From Candidatus Bruticola sp. (lineage in GTDB: Bacteria; Vulcanimicrobiota; Xenobia; Xenobiales; Xenobiaceae), in contig JBJEGD010000031.1 of NCBI GenBank assembly GCA_051874735.1, forward strand, positions 130,681 through 194,680: a DNA stretch of 64,000 nt, written 5' to 3'. Under the pieces are notes generated by a model. It had not been told where the DNA came from, searched no databases, and saw only the letters and a list, made by a program, of their open reading frames with translations. Every line of letters starts with the position of its first letter. Within the stretch, counting starts at the first letter, position 1. Below are positions 56,631-64,000 of the stretch, piece after piece. A program made the translations under genes and the position numbers.

Positions 56631-56681
56631 AGCGGTCTCCCTTGTTATCGTTTCCGATAAAAGTGGGAGGTCGCTTTTTTT
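56631..56681 (+). terminator. Intrinsic terminator after rpsR
   Basis: AGCGGTCTCCC...GGGAGGTCGCT followed by a T run. Confidence 0.7.
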
Positions 56682-56702
56682 ATTAATTATGGAGGTCTAT
56701 CA

Positions 56703-57149
56703 ATGCAGGTTATATTACTTAAAGATGTACCGAAAGTCGGCAAAAAGGGAGAGTTGCACAATGTAGCCGACGGATATGGCCGCAACTTCTTAGTCGCACG
56801 AGGTTTTGCTGAAATCGCTTCTGAAGGCCGTTTGCGCGCTGCCGAAAAAGAGAAAAAAGATCGTGAAGCTCAAGCTCAAAGAGAAGAAGAGGCTGCTAAG
56901 GCTCAAGCTGAGCGACTTCAGAGCAAGCCCTTAGTTATAAAAGCTAATTGTGGAGCTCAGGATAAACTGTTCGGATCTATTACTGCCCAAGATATCGCTG
57001 AAGCTGTGGCTGCGCAGTTTAACGAAAATATTGATAAAAAAAATATAAAACTTGACGAACCCATTCGCAAGATTGGGAACTCAGTTGTAGTTATAAAGCT
57101 GCATTCTAAAGTCAAGGCTAACCTTAAGGTTACAGTAGAGAAGGCTTAG
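56703..57149 (+). CDS. rplI: 50S ribosomal protein L9
   Basis: MQVILLKDV..VGKKG, VADGYGRNFL, KLFGSIT. Confidence 0.97.
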   Translation: MQVILLKDVPKVGKKGELHNVADGYGRNFLVARGFAEIASEGRLRAAEKEKKDREAQAQREEEAAKAQAERLQSKPLVIKANCGAQDKLFGSITAQDIAEAVAAQFNENIDKKNIKLDEPIRKIGNSVVVIKLHSKVKANLKVTVEKA

Positions 57150-57228
57150 TTTAATAGATTAAGGTAGCTGTTTTTAGGCCCGCTTCATAATTGGGGCGGG
57201 TGTTTTTTTTGAAAAAAGGAAATTTCTT

Positions 57229-58743
57229 ATGAGCTTAACTTCAATTGAAGACCGCCTGCTTCTGCCTCCTCAGAATGAAGAAGCGGAGAGAGCCTGTTTA
57301 GGGAGCTGTTTAATAGATCCGGAAGCTTTTGATAAAGTTTCTGAAATTTTGGCCGGTCCGGAAGATTTTTATCAAAGAGCTTATCAAGAAATTTACGCGG
57401 CCATGGCCTATTTAGCCGAAAACACTGGTGTGATCGATCTGATTACGGTAAGTAATTATCTGCGTGATCATGGTAAGCTAGAACACTGCGGCGGAGTCGC
57501 CCGTCTTAATGATCTGGTGGAGACTGTGCACAGTTCTGCTCATGTAACGGCGTACGCTAAAATTGTCGCTGATAATGCAATCGCTAGGCGTCTTCTGCGG
57601 GCTGGTGAGACGATCAGTCGCTTAGCTGTCGATCAAGAAATAGAAGTACCTCAGCGCGTCGATCAGGCTGAAGAAGTCGTTTTTGGAGTAGATAATGCTC
57701 ATTTTCGTGGTGAGTTAGAGCCTATCTCCGACTCAATTAGCCGAACTTTTGATGAAGCTTATGAAAGATTTTTGGCTGGTGGCAGTGTCTCTGGACTTTC
57801 TTCTGGTTTTACAGAGCTCGATGAACTGACTAATGGTCTTCATCCTGCCAATTTAATTGTAGTTGGAGCTCGTCCCAGTATGGGTAAAACAGCTTTTGCT
57901 CTTTCTATTGCTGTTAATGTAGCTTTAGCTGATAAACCTGGCAAAGTAGCCATATTCTCTCTAGAAATGCCTAGAGAAGATCTTTGTATGCGCATGATGT
58001 GCTCTATTGCGAAGGTAAACGGACAGAGCTTGCGCAGTGGCAAACTCAAACAGCAGGATTGGACGTCTATGGCTGAAGCTGTTAATAAGTTGAGTAAAGC
58101 CCCTATTTTTATAGATGATAGTGGCAGTGTGACTATTTTAGATATGAAAGCTAAATTGCGCCGCTTGAAAAAGCGCAGCGGACTTGATTTAGTTATTATT
58201 GATTACTTGCAGCTTATAAGAGGCAGCGGCGCCAATAGAGTTAGTTCCGAAAGAATATTTGAAATTTCAGAAATCTCCCGACAACTAAAAGGCCTTTCTA
58301 AAGAGCTCAATGTGCCTATTATTGCGCTCTCTCAGCTGAGTCGCAATGTAGAAAGTCGTCAGGATAAGCGGCCTCTGCTTTCCGATTTGCGTGAATCTGG
58401 AGCTATTGAACAGGATGCCGATTTAGTAGCTTTTCTCTATCGGGATGAATATTACAATAAACAGAGTACGGAGCTGAATATAGCGGAAGTAATTGTGGCT
58501 AAACATCGCAACGGGCCGATAGGTACTCTTAAACTTAAATTCATGAAGCAATTTGGTGGATTCTACAATATAAACTCTCTAAATTCTGCAGATCTCAGAG
58601 CTGTCAATGCTGGAGGACAGAGCGTTTCCTTCGGTCCGGGAGGCAGTTTTACTATGTCTTTACCTAACAAAACAACTAATTCTGCAGCCGCGTCGGCTGA
58701 ATTGGCCGAGGATAGTCTCAATTTAGATGATATTCCCATTTGA
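57229..58743 (+). CDS. dnaB: Replicative DNA helicase
   Basis: PPQNEEAE, GARPSMGKT, FSLEM, IIDYLQL, LSQLSR, SDLRESGAIEQDAD, KHRNGP. Confidence 0.97.
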   Translation: MSLTSIEDRLLLPPQNEEAERACLGSCLIDPEAFDKVSEILAGPEDFYQRAYQEIYAAMAYLAENTGVIDLITVSNYLRDHGKLEHCGGVARLNDLVETVHSSAHVTAYAKIVADNAIARRLLRAGETISRLAVDQEIEVPQRVDQAEEVVFGVDNAHFRGELEPISDSISRTFDEAYERFLAGGSVSGLSSGFTELDELTNGLHPANLIVVGARPSMGKTAFALSIAVNVALADKPGKVAIFSLEMPREDLCMRMMCSIAKVNGQSLRSGKLKQQDWTSMAEAVNKLSKAPIFIDDSGSVTILDMKAKLRRLKKRSGLDLVIIDYLQLIRGSGANRVSSERIFEISEISRQLKGLSKELNVPIIALSQLSRNVESRQDKRPLLSDLRESGAIEQDADLVAFLYRDEYYNKQSTELNIAEVIVAKHRNGPIGTLKLKFMKQFGGFYNINSLNSADLRAVNAGGQSVSFGPGGSFTMSLPNKTTNSAAASAELAEDSLNLDDIPI

Positions 58744-58794
58744 AAATAGCCGAGAGATAACTTAAAATGAAGTTTTACCTCTCGGCTATTTTTT
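58743..58794. terminator. Bidirectional terminator
   Basis: AAAATAGCCGAGAG...CTCTCGGCTATTTT between convergent genes. Confidence 0.7.
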
Positions 58795-58822
58795 ATAAAG
58801 CTTAATTTAGATAGTGTTTGAG

Positions 58823-59185
58823 TTACGGGCGGATTATTTTGTCAGCTTTGACTAGAATTGAGGAGATAGAGGCCATATCGGAAACAGTTCCGATCATCTG
58901 CTCAGCTTGCAGGGAATAATGATCTAGGCAAGTGGAACATAGCAAAATTTTGCATCCCTTATCTTGCATAAAAGATAGCGACAGAGCAGTATCGCTGCCG
59001 CGTACAGCATTGAAAACGCCCTCAGTGTAACAGACTATGGTATCTATTTTATCCGCCTTATTCTCCATATTGTGAAGGAATTTGGCCATCATAGTTTTTC
59101 CGAACTCTAAACTATGGTTGGTGTCCTGATTAGCAATTTGGCCGATTGTGCCCAGAACAGCACTCGTTAAAAGCAAAACTGTCAT
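58823..59185 (-). CDS. DsrE-fold protein similar to the C-terminal domain of selenium-metabolism protein YedF
   Basis: EFGKTMMAKFL, CYTEGV, ILLCSTCLDHY, IGTVSDM pattern. Confidence 0.65.
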   Translation of the reverse strand: MTVLLLTSAVLGTIGQIANQDTNHSLEFGKTMMAKFLHNMENKADKIDTIVCYTEGVFNAVRGSDTALSLSFMQDKGCKILLCSTCLDHYSLQAEQMIGTVSDMASISSILVKADKIIRP

Positions 59186-59206
59186 TTTAAGTCAGACTCC
59201 TGTTAA

Positions 59207-60958
59207 TTAATATACTACTTCTGTGGTATCTAAAGTGATATTAAGACGCTCCTCTATTTCAAAAAGGCGCGGCCAAGGAAGAGTTATTTCGATAAACATG
59301 CTGCGAAAAACTAATTTACGCCTTGCAATGGGCGAATAATAACTCTGTCCAGACAGTTTTTCATCCCAAAGTTGCTGAGCCCAGGGAATAGCGGCTTGGC
59401 GGGCTGCTAAACCGGCCGGGCCGGCTGCATTGATTAGAGGATTAGCCCTAATATCAATATTTTTGTATTCTTGACTCAAATTTTGGCGTATAACCGCTTG
59501 GTAAGCGTAGTCGTCGATCAGTCGGGCCACAGTAAAAGCCTGGTGAGTTTTTTCACTTTCTAGTTGGCGACTGAAGTTCCAATTATGTCCTTTTACCATA
59601 GCTATTTGCTGAGCGCATGCCTGAGCTATAGCTGTTCCTAATGAATTAGAAGGGGTATTCCAGGCTGAATAGCAAGCAAATTCCCAGATGGGGATATTGT
59701 CTATTAGGGTTTGTGCGAAAATTGGCTCAGCCCTGTTTACTAAATGGAGATCGGCTACTCCGTAAGGGCGCTTTCTTTGTCCGGAAAACTTACTGTTGAT
59801 GCGTTTTAATAGATGCTCAGCCTGGGTTTTAGTTTCCTCATTTCCCTCCAAACTGGGTGGGGTAAAAGGTTGGTCGCTTGGAGTTTCGATAAATATTACT
59901 GTGCCAGTATTTTCTGTTTTTGCAGCTCCGCTCAGCTTTATGTGCAAGCGGGCTGTTTCTTCCAGGGTGAAAGATTCCAGCGGCGGCACTTTGTTTTTAT
60001 CTTCCGGATTTGAATAGTCCAGCTCTAAATGGGGAGTGTAACCTGATTCCTGAGCTAGCCAGCTAGCTGTCATATTGGAAGCCAGTTCATCAGCTCCGCA
60101 GAGAATATCGACTTTATCGTTTATGCCTAGCTCTTGAACTTTGGCTTTTAACTGCGCTATTTCACTAATATGAATGCCCGTTCGGCTAGAATCATCCTGA
60201 CCTATAACTAGATGGTCGATAATACCTTGATGAGTAAATATCAATAAGTTGTAAATAACTTCCAGGTTGCGATTCCTAACTTGCATGTACTCACGAAAGT
60301 ATTTTTCCGGTACGTTAGTCGGTGGGGCCATTTGACCTTGGGCCGCCCAGTTGCGCAGACTGGCTTCGTAGGGAGCTTGTTCGTCAGATGTGCGTAGCGA
60401 CAGACGTGGCACGATAGTTAATACTTCTAATCTCTGGCCTTTTTTGGCTAATTCAGGCAGAATATTCAAGTTGGCCAGAGCCTCAGCTACGCTGAGTTTG
60501 GCCGTGCGTGAGGCAATCAAGCCTCCGTAAGCCAGCATGTCGGCGGATATAATAGCATTGGAGCAGAGAGGCTGACTGCGAAGCCAATCTTTTATCTGTT
60601 GCGGGTTGCCTGGCTTATACGCTTTACCTAACCAATATCGCTCTGGGCTAATTAAGTGACCGCCGCCAATGCGGGCTATTTGACCAGGAAAAAGCCAGTT
60701 GCAGGGACGATCGTCCAAAGGTACATAAAGAGCTTCCCAGGTTTCGCCCGAATTTACAGCTGGCTGATTTTTTTTAGAGGATGAGGCCGTTGGGTGGGCC
60801 TTATTTGTATCTGATAGCTCAGACGCTTCATTTTGTGCTGGTACGTACACTGAAGTTGGAATAGCACTAGTTTGTGGGGGCTGAGGTATTTCAGCTGATG
60901 CTGCCGAGCAAAGAAAAATAATGGTAGTAAGGAGGCAAAAAATCGGTCTTTTGAACAT
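59207..60958 (-). CDS. DUF4127-family protein with signal peptide
   Basis: YVPLDDRPCN, DMLAYGGLIASR, IGQDDS, GADE, YSAWNTPSNSLGTA, DDYAYQ. Confidence 0.7.
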   Translation of the reverse strand: MFKRPIFCLLTTIIFLCSAASAEIPQPPQTSAIPTSVYVPAQNEASELSDTNKAHPTASSSKKNQPAVNSGETWEALYVPLDDRPCNWLFPGQIARIGGGHLISPERYWLGKAYKPGNPQQIKDWLRSQPLCSNAIISADMLAYGGLIASRTAKLSVAEALANLNILPELAKKGQRLEVLTIVPRLSLRTSDEQAPYEASLRNWAAQGQMAPPTNVPEKYFREYMQVRNRNLEVIYNLLIFTHQGIIDHLVIGQDDSSRTGIHISEIAQLKAKVQELGINDKVDILCGADELASNMTASWLAQESGYTPHLELDYSNPEDKNKVPPLESFTLEETARLHIKLSGAAKTENTGTVIFIETPSDQPFTPPSLEGNEETKTQAEHLLKRINSKFSGQRKRPYGVADLHLVNRAEPIFAQTLIDNIPIWEFACYSAWNTPSNSLGTAIAQACAQQIAMVKGHNWNFSRQLESEKTHQAFTVARLIDDYAYQAVIRQNLSQEYKNIDIRANPLINAAGPAGLAARQAAIPWAQQLWDEKLSGQSYYSPIARRKLVFRSMFIEITLPWPRLFEIEERLNITLDTTEVVY

Positions 60959-61088
60959 GTGTTAGACTTTTCTTTAGTCTATGTCTACCTCCTTCGCTAT
61001 TTAAAGGTAGTCTCTTAGGCGGGAAAGCGGTAATATAGCTTGTACATTTCCCTAGCCGAGTAACTGTTTTGCTCAGAGGTGTCTATAA

Positions 61089-62072
61089 ATGAATAAAATT
61101 AAAATTTCCTTATTTTTGCTGCTAGTTGTTTGGGCAGTTTCACTTTTGCTTCTACCCATTCCCTTGCATGCCCAGGGACTAACTGCGCCCCGTTTATTAA
61201 TATCGTGCTTTTTAGGCGATTCTATGAGCGTAGTTGATGCTAGAACTGTACGCGTTAAAGGAACTTTTTCCATAGGCAGTAATCCGGAGCGCATGTCAGT
61301 TTCTCCAGATAACCGTTATATAGCTGTGGCTCAGCCTAAAAATAGCTGTATATCTGTGATAGAGAGCAGTAATATGCGCTTCGGCAATACTTATACCGAT
61401 GAAAATATCAAAGCGCCTGTCGATGTTTGTTTTTCTACTGATGGAGCCAGGCTCTATGTGCTCGAATCTTCGACTTGCTCTTTGGTAGAGCTGCACGTAC
61501 CCTCTTTTAAGGTTGTGCGCACTCTTTCTTTAAATGCTTTGGCGCCCAGTTTAATGCGTATTTCTAAAAATGGCGCCAAAATGTTTATATCTCATGAAAA
61601 TACTGGAATAATTACGGTTGTCGATCTCTTTAATTGGTCAATCTTTAAGCAAGTGGGAGTAGGGCCTACTGCTGGCGGCTTAGACTTGTCTAAGGACAAC
61701 GGACGTTTAATTGTAGCCTTGCCTTCAGAGAGCAAAGTCGGTATTTACAAAACTACCGACATGCGTCTGCTCAGCAAAGTTCCAGTGGGATCTGGAGCTA
61801 GTATAGTTGGAGTCTCCTCTGAAGATCAGGTGGTGGTCATTAACTCTATATCTAACGATGTGTCTATATTCCCTCTAGATCGTCCTTCTATGCGTTTTCG
61901 TACTGCAGTAGGCGTAGGCCCTCGCGATCTTTGTTTTGCTCCAGATGGTTCTATGTGCTATATAGCTAACTTTAATACTAATGACCTTTCAGTTATAGAC
62001 ATGAAAAGTGGTCATCAGTTGGGCCGCTTGGCTATAGGCCAAGGGCCGCGCAGCATTGTTTGGGTTTATTAG
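61089..62072 (+). CDS. YncE/YVTN-type beta-propeller, exported
   Basis: Signal peptide; repeated VG.GP / SPD / VSVID blades. Confidence 0.8.
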   Translation: MNKIKISLFLLLVVWAVSLLLLPIPLHAQGLTAPRLLISCFLGDSMSVVDARTVRVKGTFSIGSNPERMSVSPDNRYIAVAQPKNSCISVIESSNMRFGNTYTDENIKAPVDVCFSTDGARLYVLESSTCSLVELHVPSFKVVRTLSLNALAPSLMRISKNGAKMFISHENTGIITVVDLFNWSIFKQVGVGPTAGGLDLSKDNGRLIVALPSESKVGIYKTTDMRLLSKVPVGSGASIVGVSSEDQVVVINSISNDVSIFPLDRPSMRFRTAVGVGPRDLCFAPDGSMCYIANFNTNDLSVIDMKSGHQLGRLAIGQGPRSIVWVY

Positions 62073-62208
62073 TTTTTTTATTCCTATTGTTCAGCTGAGC
62101 AAAAAAGGATGACTCTAGGCCGAGGCGAAAGGCAAAGACCGATTTGCAAAGGGCGGCAGCGCCTCATATCGTCTCAGATTTTTTTCTTTATTTTAAGGAG
62201 TATTTTCC

Positions 62209-64000
62209 ATGCAATACGATCCGGCTAGTTTTGAACAAAAATGGCGTGATATTTGGGAATCTAAAAAGTTGCACCACGCTGTTAAGAGCGACAGCCGCCC
62301 TAAGTATTATTGCCTTGATATGTTCCCTTATCCGTCTGGCGAAGGGCTCCATGTCGGTCATTGGCGCGGTTACGTTCTTTCCGATGTAATGAGCCGCTAT
62401 ATGACTCTGCATGGACGCCAGGTGCTCCATCCTATGGGGTGGGATGCGTTTGGTCTGCCTGCTGAAAATGCAGCTATTAAACGAAAAATTCATCCTGTTG
62501 CCCAAACGATGGCTGCTACCACGAATATGCGTAGACAGCTCAAAGATATGGGATCTATGTACGATTGGGATCGCGAAGTTAACTCTTCTCTTCCTGAATA
62601 TTACAAATGGACGCAGTGGACTTTCTTAAAAGTTTATGAAGCTGGTTTAGCTTATAAAAAAGAAGCTCCCATTAACTGGTGTCCTTCTTGCGCTACCGGT
62701 TTGGCTGATGAAGAGGTAAAAGAGGGGCGCTGTGAGCGTTGTGGCACGTTGGTGACTAAAAAAGGACTGCCTCAGTGGTTTTTTGCTATAAGCAAGTACG
62801 CTCAGCGCCTTATTGACGATCTTAAAGATCTCGATTGGCCGGAAAAAGTTAAGAAAATGCAGATCGATTGGATCGGCCGCAGTGAAGGAGCTGAAGTCCA
62901 TTTCGCTATTGAGGGGCATGAAGGCGAGCAGTTAACTATCTTTACTACTCGTCCCGACACTATTTACGGAGCTTCCTATATGGTTTTGGCTCCAGAACAT
63001 GAGTTGGTGCGCCATATTACTACTCCCGATAGGCTGGAAAAAGTAGAGGCTTACATTACTCGTACCTGTTCGCGCACTGAGGTAGAGCGTCAGGAACAGA
63101 AAGAAAAGACTGGTGAATTTACTGGCGCTTACGCAGTCAACCCTGTAAACGGTGATAAAATTCCTATCTGGATTGCCGACTATGTGCTCATGGGCTATGG
63201 TACCGGAGCTATTATGGCTGTACCAGCTCACGATGATCGCGACTGGGAATTTGCTAAAGCGTTTAATCTGCCTATTAAACAGGTGGTTATGACTGCGGAG
63301 CAAGCTCAGGCTTTAAAATCTGCAGGAGTCGATTTCAATGATGCAGCTGCCGTAAGTGCTGCTTGGAAAGAGAAATTTGGCCATCTTCCTTACGAACAGC
63401 CTTACTGTGAGTTGGGCTTTATGATCAACTCCGAAGAATTTTCTGGTTTAACTTCTGAAGCTGGTAAAAAGGCTGTAGTAGCTAAATTTGAAAAGATGAG
63501 TTTGGGTGAGGCTGTGGTAAATTATCGTCTGCGAGACTGGTTGGTTTCGCGTCAGCGTTATTGGGGAGCCCCCATTCCCATGGTTTACTGCGACAAGTGC
63601 GGTATAGTGCCCGTTCCAGAAGAGCAGCTGCCCGTACTTCTCCCTCATGTGGAAAGTTACGAACCTTCCGGTACAGGCGCCTCTCCTTTGGCTTCTTTAC
63701 CAGAGTTTGTAAATACCTCTTGCCCTAAGTGTGGCGGTCCGGCCAGACGTGATACTGACACCATTTCTCAGTGGATCTGCTCATCTTGGTATTTCTTGCG
63801 CTATCCTTCGTACGATTGTAACGAAGCTGCTTGGCGTCGTGAAGATGTCGATTTTTGGAATCCCGTAGACCTCTATGTCGGCGGTATTGAACACGCTGTG
63901 TTGCATCTACTTTACAGTCGTTTTTATACTAAAATTTTCTACGATTTAGGTCTAGTAGGATTCAAAGAGCCTTTCACTCGTTTGTTTAATCAAGGCATGA
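62209..64000 (+). CDS. leuS: Leucine--tRNA ligase (partial, runs off the right edge)
   Basis: Missing from the ORF track; ATG 62209 with SD AAGGAG; MQYDPASFEQKW, LDMFPYPSGEGLHVGH, GWDAFGLPAENAA, FTTRPDT, RLRDWLVSRQRYWGAPIP, YVGGIEHA. Confidence 0.96.
   Translation, partial: MQYDPASFEQKWRDIWESKKLHHAVKSDSRPKYYCLDMFPYPSGEGLHVGHWRGYVLSDVMSRYMTLHGRQVLHPMGWDAFGLPAENAAIKRKIHPVAQTMAATTNMRRQLKDMGSMYDWDREVNSSLPEYYKWTQWTFLKVYEAGLAYKKEAPINWCPSCATGLADEEVKEGRCERCGTLVTKKGLPQWFFAISKYAQRLIDDLKDLDWPEKVKKMQIDWIGRSEGAEVHFAIEGHEGEQLTIFTTRPDTIYGASYMVLAPEHELVRHITTPDRLEKVEAYITRTCSRTEVERQEQKEKTGEFTGAYAVNPVNGDKIPIWIADYVLMGYGTGAIMAVPAHDDRDWEFAKAFNLPIKQVVMTAEQAQALKSAGVDFNDAAAVSAAWKEKFGHLPYEQPYCELGFMINSEEFSGLTSEAGKKAVVAKFEKMSLGEAVVNYRLRDWLVSRQRYWGAPIPMVYCDKCGIVPVPEEQLPVLLPHVESYEPSGTGASPLASLPEFVNTSCPKCGGPARRDTDTISQWICSSWYFLRYPSYDCNEAAWRREDVDFWNPVDLYVGGIEHAVLHLLYSRFYTKIFYDLGLVGFKEPFTRLFNQGM

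Noticed and set aside
62101-62170. T-box or c-di-GMP riboswitch upstream of leuS
   Set aside because: Only a GAGGCG...CGCCTC stem with GGCAAA/GCAAAG fragments; no T-box GGTGG.ACC motif, no GAAA tetraloop/receptor architecture, and the region is too short
62144-63648. Short ORFs listed in the track at the right end
   Set aside because: They overlap leuS (62209 onward), which the track missed because it has no stop inside the window

Overview
Bacterial chromosomal window with no recognisable mobile elements or CRISPR array. The dominant feature is a ~17 kb, three-gene minus-strand PUFA-synthase-type (pfa) iterative fatty-acid/polyketide cluster: pfaD-like enoyl reductase, then pfaA-like KS-MAT-4xACP-KR-DH, then a fused pfaBC-like KS-CLF-AT-(pseudoDH-DH)x2. 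No PPTase, thioesterase or acyltransferase release function is visible nearby. Other content: the end of a type IV pilus minor-pilin locus (PilX-like), M3/M16/M20 peptidases, a polyferredoxin split by an in-frame TAG, a Gly-zipper/His-Pro-rich orphan, a ModE-HTH mini-operon, tRNA-Ser(GCT), a PglC/DegT/PglF-like sugar operon, a sensor histidine kinase divergent from a receiver-Ser/Thr kinase fusion, a GT4, a stand-alone ferredoxin:thioredoxin reductase catalytic subunit, thrC, a porin, selD, rpsF-ssb-rpsR-rplI-dnaB, a YedF-like DsrE protein, a DUF4127-like protein, a beta-propeller and the 5' part of leuS. Gene order plus the porin suggest a diderm Terrabacteria-type lineage (inference only). 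All calls come from motif recognition by eye; no searches were run.
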